Shown piece after piece: positions 9,744 through 18,018 of a DNA stretch of 39,859 nt (positions within the stretch are counted from its first letter, which is position 1; each line of letters starts with the position of its first letter). Under the pieces are notes generated by a model, which saw only the letters and a program-made list of their open reading frames with translations, was not told where the DNA came from and made no database searches. Location: positions 1-39,859 of the forward strand of contig JBAYKV010000002.1 of assembly GCA_041664405.1 (NCBI GenBank), given 5' to 3'. Made by a program: the position numbers and the translations under genes. This stretch comes from Syntrophales bacterium (lineage in GTDB: Bacteria; Desulfobacterota; Syntrophia; Syntrophales; UBA8958).

Positions 9744-9824
9744 CATACAATTAAGAGATGCAATAAAATATAGTAAAAATCCAGCTCATATTTCAGATAT
9801 TAGTTAGCGGAAGTTTCGATAAGA

Positions 9825-11249
9825 TCATCTATTGCGAAGTAAGGGATGGGGCATTAAAGGTTTTACGTTTTCAACAGGTAATGATTCGATAGTAGCCGAC
9901 TTTTTTTCGATAACGGGAATCATGATAATCATGGCGGTGAGAAACCAGAAGGGTTCCATAATGCGGACGATAATGAAAGTATTGGACCCGATGCCGTGGG
10001 TCAACATGGCAAAAAATCCCGCTAAAAATCCAAGGGAGACTCCGCGATAGAAATCATTTCTTGTCTGCATATACGTAAGATATGCATTTCTATAAATAGT
10101 GTAAAGAAGGAGAAAAAAGAATAATAGTCCGATCAGCCCTGTTTCTGCCAAGACCCGGGGATATTGGGCATCCACAAATGTGTAGCCTGTTACACCATAA
10201 CCTAGGAGGGGTTGGGCGATGAAATCTTTGGTCAGGATGACCTTCCAGGACATCAGCCGGGCTGAGGTGGATGTGTCGATACGGGTCTTGCCGATCTGTA
10301 CCTGGCCCGCTTCCTTAGCCTGAGAAACGGTATAAAGGGCACGATCACGGACGTTTTGGGGCATTACCATAGGTCCGGCGATTAGAATGAAGAGAATCAC
10401 CCCCAGGATGATCTTCTTTTTTTCACTGAAATAAAGGAGGGCTATCGCCATAGGGATGAGGGATAGCCAGGAACTTCGGGAGAAGGTTGCAGCCAGGGCC
10501 ACGGCGATGAAAAAAACCAGGCAGGTAAGATAGATTTTGGGTTTTGTTTCTTTAAGAGTCAAAAGAAGACCAAAAACAAGAGACAGCATGAGCACGAGAT
10601 AACCGCCCAAGGTATTAGGTTCTCCTTCGACCCCTTCAAAAGGGGCGGAAACCCGATGACCGTAAGGGATCTGGACAAAAGCGTAGAGACAAACCAGAAA
10701 ACAGACGATCAGCATGAAATACGTAAATCGCCGAATTTGTTTTTCCTCTTTCAGATGATTGACGGCCATGAAATAGATTACGTAGTACTCAAAGTATTTT
10801 ATTACAAAAAAAATACCCGACGCGCCTTGGACACGACCCATCATGTATCCGAACAAGGTAGCGAAAACACAGGCCAGGAAATAATAAGCAATAGGTTTGT
10901 TCAGGGGTGTTTTTAAAAAAAGGCCGAGCTCTTTGTTTACTGCGGTTTTCAAAAACCAGCTTATGCCTATAACGACAAGAAGAAAGTCATCTGCTCGCAG
11001 TGTCATGGCGCGTCCGCGTCCTCGTATGGCTTCCCCCTCCATGCCGAACTGGGGTCCCAGGAGCATGGCGGCGATAAGCACATAGAGGGCAAATTCCGTA
11101 TTCAGAAAGGTCAGGGCGCCGATGATCAGGGTGATGATGATCATCACCCCCATCATTGTCGAGGCACTGGTCATGATCAGAGCTGCGATGAGCGTCAGGG
11201 ACCCTATCCAGAGCAACAAAACTATGTTTTTATTTTGAAAAGAGGACAT
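9825..11249 (-). CDS. O-antigen ligase / Wzy-like polytopic membrane protein
   Basis: 474 aa with more than 10 predicted TM helices and a central loop (FSRSSWLSLIPMAIALL) resembling the Wzy_C/O-antigen-ligase family. Polysaccharide-locus context. Confidence 0.65.
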   Translation of the reverse strand: MSSFQNKNIVLLLWIGSLTLIAALIMTSASTMMGVMIIITLIIGALTFLNTEFALYVLIAAMLLGPQFGMEGEAIRGRGRAMTLRADDFLLVVIGISWFLKTAVNKELGLFLKTPLNKPIAYYFLACVFATLFGYMMGRVQGASGIFFVIKYFEYYVIYFMAVNHLKEEKQIRRFTYFMLIVCFLVCLYAFVQIPYGHRVSAPFEGVEGEPNTLGGYLVLMLSLVFGLLLTLKETKPKIYLTCLVFFIAVALAATFSRSSWLSLIPMAIALLYFSEKKKIILGVILFILIAGPMVMPQNVRDRALYTVSQAKEAGQVQIGKTRIDTSTSARLMSWKVILTKDFIAQPLLGYGVTGYTFVDAQYPRVLAETGLIGLLFFFLLLYTIYRNAYLTYMQTRNDFYRGVSLGFLAGFFAMLTHGIGSNTFIIVRIMEPFWFLTAMIIMIPVIEKKSATIESLPVENVKPLMPHPLLRNR

Positions 11250-11288
11250 TTAGTTCCGCAGAATCGTTGGCTCCGGTTTGCCGGACTA

Positions 11289-11549
11289 CTATTTTTTGAT
11301 ATCTTGTAATTTTTTTTTGATATCCTGCATTTCCATGTAATGCCGGTCAAGATCCCGGGGAAGGTATTCATCGACAATGGTGAATTTCTGGATGATTATG
11401 GGTGAAAAATGAACAACCGCCATGACGAGGATACAAAAGAACGTTATGATCAGCATCCAGATGATCGTCAAGCGGCGACGTACCTGGCGTTGGGCGCTCC
11501 GGCGCTTGTGTTCTGCCTCTCTGCTTTTCTCGCGACCATTTCTCTTCAT
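11289..11549 (-). CDS. Small single-pass membrane protein, unknown function
   Basis: 86 aa. Very basic N-terminus (KRNGREKSREAEHKRRSAQRQVRRR), one TM helix and a charged C-terminal tail. Starts 8 nt after the wzc-like stop. No family recognised. Confidence 0.4.
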   Translation of the reverse strand: MKRNGREKSREAEHKRRSAQRQVRRRLTIIWMLIITFFCILVMAVVHFSPIIIQKFTIVDEYLPRDLDRHYMEMQDIKKKLQDIKK

Positions 11550-11556
11550 ATTTAAA

Positions 11557-14133
11557 CTATGTCGGTCCTTTAATGCTGCTTGCTGATGGTTTTGTGGCCG
11601 GGGGCGATTGGGGCGCCTGTTGCGGCAGTGTCGGCCTTGGTAATATTTGAACAGGTCTGGCCGGTGTGCCTGGTAGTAACGCTTTTAGATAGCCCCCCTG
11701 ATACAAAATCCCCAAAGCGAGAAAGAGAACAGCCAAGACTGCTATGATGATCTTCAAGACAGTCCTGGATGCTCTGGTCGGCAAAACTTCATTTGTGGTG
11801 GTTGTTGCGGTCTGGTTTATCTTCGACTCTGACGTTACCTCTTTTTCATGATTACTGCGGTAACCTTTATTTCGCCACTGCTGATAACGCTGTTTATAAA
11901 GGAGGACGTAATTCAACAGTCGGGACGGGCTGAGATTGTCAAGGATTGTTTTGTACCAGGGCTCTTTCTCTTTGCCCTTATCGCCGCCATATCGGTAATG
12001 GTAATAGTAGTAATCATGATAGGTAAAATCGGTGCTGACCTCGGCACGGATACCGTTCAGGACGACCCCGATGATGTTGGTCTTGATGGCGTCAAGTTGC
12101 ATTTTGGCCCGTTTCAGCGCCCCCCGGGCAATCTTGCCGACCTGATAGACCAGGACCGTGGCATCGACATGGGAACTCCACAAGGCCGCATCGGTGGCGG
12201 CCAGAACGGGCGGGGCGTCTACCAGGACCATGTCGTACTCGGCACGCACCTGTTTCATGAAGTCACCCATACCCCTGGAACCGATGATTTCGGCGGGGTT
12301 GGGTGAATAAGTGCCACTGGTTATGATATTAAGGTTATCCATCCCCGGAGTCATCATGACCTCTTCCACGGTCATGTTCCCCATCATGAAATCGGAAATG
12401 GATTTCACGACATTGCGCCATTCATAGTTTCCCATGATGACATCTGTCAATCCTGGTATCTGTTCAATACCGAAAACGCTAGAAACTACGGGTCGCCTTA
12501 AATCACCGTCGATGAGGAGAACCTTGTAGCCTGCCTGGGCCATCGTGAGGGCGAGATTAACCGTCGTCGAGGTCTTGCCTTCGCTGGGGGAAGAACTGGT
12601 CAGGACGAGGGATTTGTAATTATTTTCCATGCAGAGGAAGTTGAGACTCGTCCGGAAGGCCTTATAGCTCTCGGCAAGGGTAGAGGAAGGGACAAAATGA
12701 GAGGCCATCCGGATACAGCGGGGCAGCTTCTGTTCTTCCACGGTAAGGTTCCCCTCGTCGTCGCTGAGGAGCATGCGTATCTCATCCTGAGTGACGAAGG
12801 GGATAACCCCCAGGACATGCACTCCGAGGAAATCCTCCACCTCTTCAATGGCCCCGATGGAGGTGTCAAAGGTCTCGATGAGAAAGGCGAAGACGACTCC
12901 AAGGATCAACCCCATTATCGTGCCGATAGCGGCGCTGTTGCCCACTTTGGGTGGATTTGTCGGAGATGAAGGCTCCAGGGCCGGCTTGACGATCTTGACC
13001 TCTTCGACCTTTTCCGCCTCGGAGATCAGTACTTCCTGGTATCGCTTTTCTAAAAGTGTGTAAACTTCGCGATTGACGACTACTTCCCTCTCCAATTGGG
13101 CCAACTCCAATCCCTTTTCGGGGAGTAATTTTAATTGTGCCTCAAGATCCCTGATCTGTTTTCCAATTAAATTTTGATTGGTAATCAGGTTGTTTTTTTG
13201 CGCCCGCAACTGGGTTCTCATGCCGGCTATGGTGTCGTTGACCTGGCTGCGGATAGCTCGTATCTGGGGAAAATTGTCCGTATAGGTCAGAAGGAGGGTG
13301 TCCCGATCAACCATGTAGCCGACTAGTTTGTCGTTCAGTGCCTTATAGGGAGGGGATGCTTCCTCAAAATAGAAACTGGTTCGGGAGGTGAGGGGTTTGG
13401 ATTCGGCGTCGATTAGTGACCGTTCGGCGATGAGGAGTTTCTGATAGATTATCTGGTCCTGTTTGTATTGCGTCTGCAGACGTTTGATTTCACCGAGCGT
13501 GGCCCCCGATTCCGCATCCACGGAGGTCCACTTGTTGTCCTCCCGGAATTTCTTGATCGCTTCTTCAGATTTCGACATCTTTTCCTTGGCGATGACAAAC
13601 TGGCTTTCGATGAATTTCTTCCCTTCAATTATGCGCCGGTTCAGCTCGAAGGTGTGCTGGGTTTTGTAGACCTCGGCCAAGGTATTGGCGAAATTCGCGG
13701 CAAATTTAGGATCGCTCGCGGTAACATCGATGTTGAGCAAATCGCTGCCCCCTTCCTGCTCTGCCGTTACTTTACCTTTAAGATCCAGGATGATACCGAT
13801 ATATTTGGGGTTGTTCCGCACATCCTCCGATGACATGTCTTCCGGGATCAACCCCATCTTTTTGGCTGCCAATTCAAGGACATAGTAGCTGCGGATCATG
13901 AAAATCTGTGTTTCCATATTGGTCCCGGCCACGAACTGCGGGTTGACTCCCATCATGGACTGGCTTTTTTCGACTTTTACGGTGGCGGATGTTTTGTAAA
14001 TAGGGACAGGTTTTCCCAGGATGGCAGAAACAAGACTGAAAACACCCATAATTATGACTGTGAAGATGATGATGAACTTGCGCCGCTTGATGATGCGCCA
14101 GTATTCACGGAGATTCAGGTCATATTTCAGCAT
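11557..14133 (-). CDS. Polysaccharide co-polymerase / BY-kinase fusion (Wzc-like tyrosine autokinase) with extra C-terminal TM tail
   Basis: 858 aa. N-terminal TM, a long coiled-coil periplasmic region and a second TM. P-loop kinase motifs: Walker A SPSEGKTST, Walker A' LLIDGDLRRP, Walker B MVLVDAPP. Tyr cluster FTYHDYYYYHYRY, then 141 further residues. Confidence 0.85.
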   Translation of the reverse strand: MLKYDLNLREYWRIIKRRKFIIIFTVIIMGVFSLVSAILGKPVPIYKTSATVKVEKSQSMMGVNPQFVAGTNMETQIFMIRSYYVLELAAKKMGLIPEDMSSEDVRNNPKYIGIILDLKGKVTAEQEGGSDLLNIDVTASDPKFAANFANTLAEVYKTQHTFELNRRIIEGKKFIESQFVIAKEKMSKSEEAIKKFREDNKWTSVDAESGATLGEIKRLQTQYKQDQIIYQKLLIAERSLIDAESKPLTSRTSFYFEEASPPYKALNDKLVGYMVDRDTLLLTYTDNFPQIRAIRSQVNDTIAGMRTQLRAQKNNLITNQNLIGKQIRDLEAQLKLLPEKGLELAQLEREVVVNREVYTLLEKRYQEVLISEAEKVEEVKIVKPALEPSSPTNPPKVGNSAAIGTIMGLILGVVFAFLIETFDTSIGAIEEVEDFLGVHVLGVIPFVTQDEIRMLLSDDEGNLTVEEQKLPRCIRMASHFVPSSTLAESYKAFRTSLNFLCMENNYKSLVLTSSSPSEGKTSTTVNLALTMAQAGYKVLLIDGDLRRPVVSSVFGIEQIPGLTDVIMGNYEWRNVVKSISDFMMGNMTVEEVMMTPGMDNLNIITSGTYSPNPAEIIGSRGMGDFMKQVRAEYDMVLVDAPPVLAATDAALWSSHVDATVLVYQVGKIARGALKRAKMQLDAIKTNIIGVVLNGIRAEVSTDFTYHDYYYYHYRYGGDKGKEKEPWYKTILDNLSPSRLLNYVLLYKQRYQQWRNKGYRSNHEKEVTSESKINQTATTTTNEVLPTRASRTVLKIIIAVLAVLFLALGILYQGGYLKALLPGTPARPVQILPRPTLPQQAPQSPPATKPSASSIKGPT

Positions 14134-14152
14134 GCACGGGCTTCTCCAGATT

Positions 14153-15373
14153 TTACCATTTCAAGTTGTTCTGATCCCTGGTATAGGTGGTGCGATAGGT
14201 TCCGGGGATAAGGAGATAGTTAAGCAGCGGCGTCGTATTGGCGATGAATTCGTTGATATCTCCGATCAGCATGCGGGGGACGTAAACGACGTCGCCACTC
14301 TGGAGCTTGATGTTCTGGGAGAGATCGCCCCGCTTGAGCATATCGTTGTAGTTGGCGGAGAGGATGAGGGGTTTGCCTCCCCGTTCCCGGAATTCACGAA
14401 TCACCTTGATGTCCGATTTTACCGCCAAAGGGGTAATACTGCCGGCCAGGGCCAGGGCGGCCAAAAGATCCGGGGCGTCCTGGAGGCGATAGATGCCGAT
14501 GGTGGTGACCTGCCCCATTACGTAGACACGGTCGGCGAAGTAGGGCAGGGCCGGGACGGTGATGATGTCACTGTTATCGATGACGGGATTCTGGGACTCG
14601 TCACCATAGAACATAGCTTTATATACATTGATTGTATATTTTTTCCCCTTCCGGATAAGCTCCACGTTTTTCAGATCGGCGTTGGCGACGTTCTGCTGGC
14701 CAGCGGCTACGCTCCCGGAGAGGGAGGAATAATCGCCCCGGCCGGTAATGGCGCCGCCGGCCTTGGAGATGAGATCGAGCATGGTCATCTTGCCGGTGAG
14801 GGCATATCGTCCCGGACCGGAAGTCCCGGTCGGGAGGACGTTGATCTGCCCGAAAAGGGTGGCGCTCTTGCTTTTGTATTCCTTGACAAGGACTTCGAGG
14901 CGGGGATTGCGGAAATAGTTTTTCAAATCTTTCCTGAGGATTTCCTGGACTTCATACACCGTCTTGCCGCTGACCGGAATATCATCCCCGTACATATAAG
15001 AGATCTTGCCGTCGGGACGGACTTCGACATTGTAGGTGATCTGTCTGAATCCTTCAAAGGTCTGGGAGCCGGCGACGGCAATCGTCCAGAAGTTGATGGT
15101 CAGGACGTCTCCGGGGCCGACGATATAATCCGAGACCCCCTTTTCATCCTTGAAAACGCTATTGCCACTGGATGTAGCCAGCTTCGCAACGGCCACGTCC
15201 ATTTCCTGCTGTTCTTTTTGAATGCGGGCATGTTCCTGTTTCATATCCTTTGACGCTTCGTATTCCTTAATCGGAATGCCCTTGTCTTCCATAAAAGGAA
15301 AGCAGGCCGTCATGGAACATGTCATCAGGACGACGAAAACACATTCCAGAATACGCTTCATCTTACCCGTCAT
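14153..15373 (-). CDS. Polysaccharide export outer-membrane lipoprotein (Wza-like; Poly_export + SLBB)
   Basis: 406 aa. Lipobox-like signal peptide (VVLMTCSMTAC), PGDVLTINFW Poly_export motif and SLBB-like repeats (LDLISKAGG, LLAALALAGS). Alternative ATG at 15361. Confidence 0.8.
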   Translation of the reverse strand: MTGKMKRILECVFVVLMTCSMTACFPFMEDKGIPIKEYEASKDMKQEHARIQKEQQEMDVAVAKLATSSGNSVFKDEKGVSDYIVGPGDVLTINFWTIAVAGSQTFEGFRQITYNVEVRPDGKISYMYGDDIPVSGKTVYEVQEILRKDLKNYFRNPRLEVLVKEYKSKSATLFGQINVLPTGTSGPGRYALTGKMTMLDLISKAGGAITGRGDYSSLSGSVAAGQQNVANADLKNVELIRKGKKYTINVYKAMFYGDESQNPVIDNSDIITVPALPYFADRVYVMGQVTTIGIYRLQDAPDLLAALALAGSITPLAVKSDIKVIREFRERGGKPLILSANYNDMLKRGDLSQNIKLQSGDVVYVPRMLIGDINEFIANTTPLLNYLLIPGTYRTTYTRDQNNLKW

Positions 15374-15407
15374 AATCCCCCCGATTAATTATTGCCAGAG
15401 TCAGGGA

Positions 15408-15436
15408 ATTCTTCAATAAAAACGAGTTCAAGTCAA
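15408..15436 (-). promoter_or_regulatory. Weak sigma70-type promoter candidate upstream of the wza-like gene
   Basis: The minus strand reads TTGACT, a 17-nt spacer, then AAGAAT. The -10 box ends about 35 nt upstream of ATG 15373, and it matches consensus poorly. Confidence 0.25.
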
Positions 15437-15563
15437 GATATATTCTGATGGGAAAGCCTTACATATTTGTTAAAACGGTATCATGATTGACGTAAATAAC
15501 AGAAAATAGAAGGTATATAGCTATGTATGCAAATTACATCGCCATCGCTTAGACAGTCTGCAT

Positions 15564-16538
15564 CTATAAATCCGGTTCTATTCTCATGCCAATACGCATT
15601 AATAAATTGACTGCCATGATGGTAGCAGCTTTAGCCAATCCAGCGCCACGATAACGGATTCGCTCATGTAAACAATCAATATGCCAGCCTTTTCCCCGGG
15701 GGCAACCGTCTGGGCTGAGAATCAGAGTGACCCATGCCGCAGGGATGTTAGTCCCGTCAAGATAGACTGTCAACATCCACTCAATTATCGGTTTCCCCTG
15801 TTGAAAGGATTTGCTTAACTCGAACCGGTCAAGAGGGATGGCTCGATAAAGATCATGAGACTGCCCTGGCTTAAGCGGTAAATGAATCTCATAGCGGAGT
15901 TGATCGTATATGGTTTTCAGGAAGAGGGAGGCAATTATTTGATATATTTGCAGACGTTGAATCCGTTCTATCCCCTTGATCAATTGCCGTCGGGCATCCC
16001 AGTTCCAGCATTCCCAAAGCGATAGCCGGACTTTTGCGAGACTATTGAGTGGTTTTGGTGTGATTGGAAATTCCTTGCCTTTACGTTCAATCTTTTTGAC
16101 AACTCCGAGGACATCTTCTTCATGAATTGGATCATCGGCGCCCTGACTGCTCTGATCCGGTCGGGTGACTATATAGTGTCCATCCTTATCCATCCCTTTG
16201 GCAATTGTCCTATGTCCAAAGAGAAAGCCGTTAAGGCGGACTACAGCAATATCGCCGATTTTGATCTCTTCTATGGGACGCGATTCGATATGCAGTGTAT
16301 CGCCTGGCTGAATGCAAGGATACATGCATGACCCGCGGGCATGAAATATCGCCCCGCCATGGTCCACTAGGGCGCGACAGAATTCCAGGGGCATTGTTAT
16401 GAGGCTGTTGGCATGTCGTCTACCACTGTGCCGCATCCGGAAAGGGCAGGAGGAAACAGTGCATTCCATCAGGCTGTTATTTCTTTCCGTGTGACATGAA
16501 GATTCCGGCGTGCCGACAGTGTTATAGACAATGGACAT
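15564..16538 (-). CDS. Fusion protein: cytoplasmic S26/S24 signal-peptidase-like domain (Cys/His at catalytic positions) + C-terminal GNAT-like domain
   Basis: 324 aa, no TM helix. GSCMYPCIQPGD...GDIAVV...GHRTIA aligns by eye with the signal peptidase boxes G-D-S-M-Y-P-T-L...GD and (K/H)R-V/I. The C-terminus has a GNAT-like acetyl-CoA motif RYRGAGLAKAATIMAV. Confidence 0.55.
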   Translation of the reverse strand: MSIVYNTVGTPESSCHTERNNSLMECTVSSCPFRMRHSGRRHANSLITMPLEFCRALVDHGGAIFHARGSCMYPCIQPGDTLHIESRPIEEIKIGDIAVVRLNGFLFGHRTIAKGMDKDGHYIVTRPDQSSQGADDPIHEEDVLGVVKKIERKGKEFPITPKPLNSLAKVRLSLWECWNWDARRQLIKGIERIQRLQIYQIIASLFLKTIYDQLRYEIHLPLKPGQSHDLYRAIPLDRFELSKSFQQGKPIIEWMLTVYLDGTNIPAAWVTLILSPDGCPRGKGWHIDCLHERIRYRGAGLAKAATIMAVNLLMRIGMRIEPDL

Positions 16539-16753
16539 GATAGATCATTTCTTGCTTTGTTATGAGTGTTTGTACATTTTTATTCGTGATGAATAATGAT
16601 AGCAGGGGAGCTGAAAAAAAGGAACAAATTATTGATTCCTGATAAAAAAAGAAGTAATAGAGAATATAAGATTATAGATATGCAAGCTGGGGATTGATGA
16701 AAAGGTTCCTTTCCCGCTTCTTGCGTCGATCATTATTTGGAGAATAACAAAAC

Positions 16754-18001
16754 ATGGTACGTGCTTCCGATCTTGTAAAGGGCAAAACGATGAGTTTGCA
16801 CGATCATGACACAAAGGATTCATCGCCAAAAGCTATGGCGCCGAAAGATGCGTTGCTGGAAGAGGCGCGCATATCTTTCCGGCTAAGTGAAATTGATGTT
16901 CTTAAGCTAAAAAAGGGAAATCAGCAGGAAATTAACATACCCACCAAAATTGGGGAAACGATTGTTGACGAAATCAGGCTGACACCGGAGCCGGAAGAGG
17001 AACAAATAGCCCCTCCTTCATCGCCTCCGGCGATGGCGATAAATATACGTTCAGTTCGGCAGGATGAAATACAGGTTGCGGAAACTTCGGAAGGACTCAG
17101 TGAAGAAGCTGGACTCAGAAGGGTTTATGTTGCGACGAAACAGTATATGGCCCATATCCGGGAGCAGGTGAAGAATGGGGACTCCATCCAGCTTGAACCG
17201 GCGCTGATCTATATTAATAATATCCTCAATTCCTCTGAAGATATGGTTTCGCAAATTTACCAGTTAACAGTGGATTACGAGCAGGAAGACGACTATTATC
17301 TTTCTTCTCCGATCAATACCATGGTTTGTGGAGTGAAGATTGCACAGCGGATGGGATACGAAAAATCGAAACTCATCGAATTCGGTCTGGCGGCATTACT
17401 TCATGATATCGGGATGTTCATTATCCCGGAGCAGATCTTGAACAAGCAAGGAAGACTGTCAGATGACGAGATGGATCTTATCAAGAAACATCCCGATTTA
17501 GCGGTTGAGATATTGGCGCCTTTTACGGCGACATATCCGAAGATGATCAAGGCAATATACGAACACCAGGAGCGGGCAAATGGACAGGGCTACCCCCGGG
17601 GGCTCAAAGGTGACGAAATATGCGACTATGCCCAGATTATCGGTATTTGTGATTCTTATGAAGCCATGACCCATCACCGCCCCCATAAGAAGATACTGTT
17701 GCAGTCCGACTCGATCAAGGAATTGATTGGTTCAAAGACAAAGCTATTTGAACCCAGGATTATCAAGATGTTTTTAGATGAGATCTCCATTTATCCCATC
17801 GGCAGTTATATCCGGCTTAATAACCGCAATATTGGCAGGGTAGTCGCAACAAGCAAGGGTAACCCGATGAAACCGGTGGTCAATCTGATCTTCGACGAAA
17901 AGGGGAAAAAAATAGAACCGCCCCGGATTATGGATCTGAAGAATTACCCGGTTTTAAACATTGAGGCGAGCATCTCTGCCGATGATTTGCCGGGAAACTG
18001 A
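16754..18001 (+). CDS. HD-GYP domain protein (probable c-di-GMP phosphodiesterase) with uncharacterised ~190-aa N-terminal region
   Basis: 415 aa. ALLHDIGM (HD) and HQERANGQGYPRGL (GYP) motifs. GGAGAA sits about 10 nt upstream of ATG 16754. The only plus-strand gene in this part of the window. Confidence 0.85.
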   Translation: MVRASDLVKGKTMSLHDHDTKDSSPKAMAPKDALLEEARISFRLSEIDVLKLKKGNQQEINIPTKIGETIVDEIRLTPEPEEEQIAPPSSPPAMAINIRSVRQDEIQVAETSEGLSEEAGLRRVYVATKQYMAHIREQVKNGDSIQLEPALIYINNILNSSEDMVSQIYQLTVDYEQEDDYYLSSPINTMVCGVKIAQRMGYEKSKLIEFGLAALLHDIGMFIIPEQILNKQGRLSDDEMDLIKKHPDLAVEILAPFTATYPKMIKAIYEHQERANGQGYPRGLKGDEICDYAQIIGICDSYEAMTHHRPHKKILLQSDSIKELIGSKTKLFEPRIIKMFLDEISIYPIGSYIRLNNRNIGRVVATSKGNPMKPVVNLIFDEKGKKIEPPRIMDLKNYPVLNIEASISADDLPGN

Positions 18002-18018
18002 AATTCTGAACACCGAAA

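Noticed and set aside
14021-15253. 410-aa plus-strand ORF, the longest unassigned ORF in the track
   Set aside because: It is antisense to the Wza-like gene, which has a lipobox and Poly_export and SLBB motifs. The translation is Gly/Asp/Val-rich and low in complexity, as is typical of an antisense frame, and it has no SD.
18002-18018. Possible terminator between the convergent HD-GYP and nucleotidyltransferase genes
   Set aside because: The gap is only 17 nt. It contains a short direct repeat (gaaatt...gaaatt) rather than an inverted one, so no hairpin is possible.
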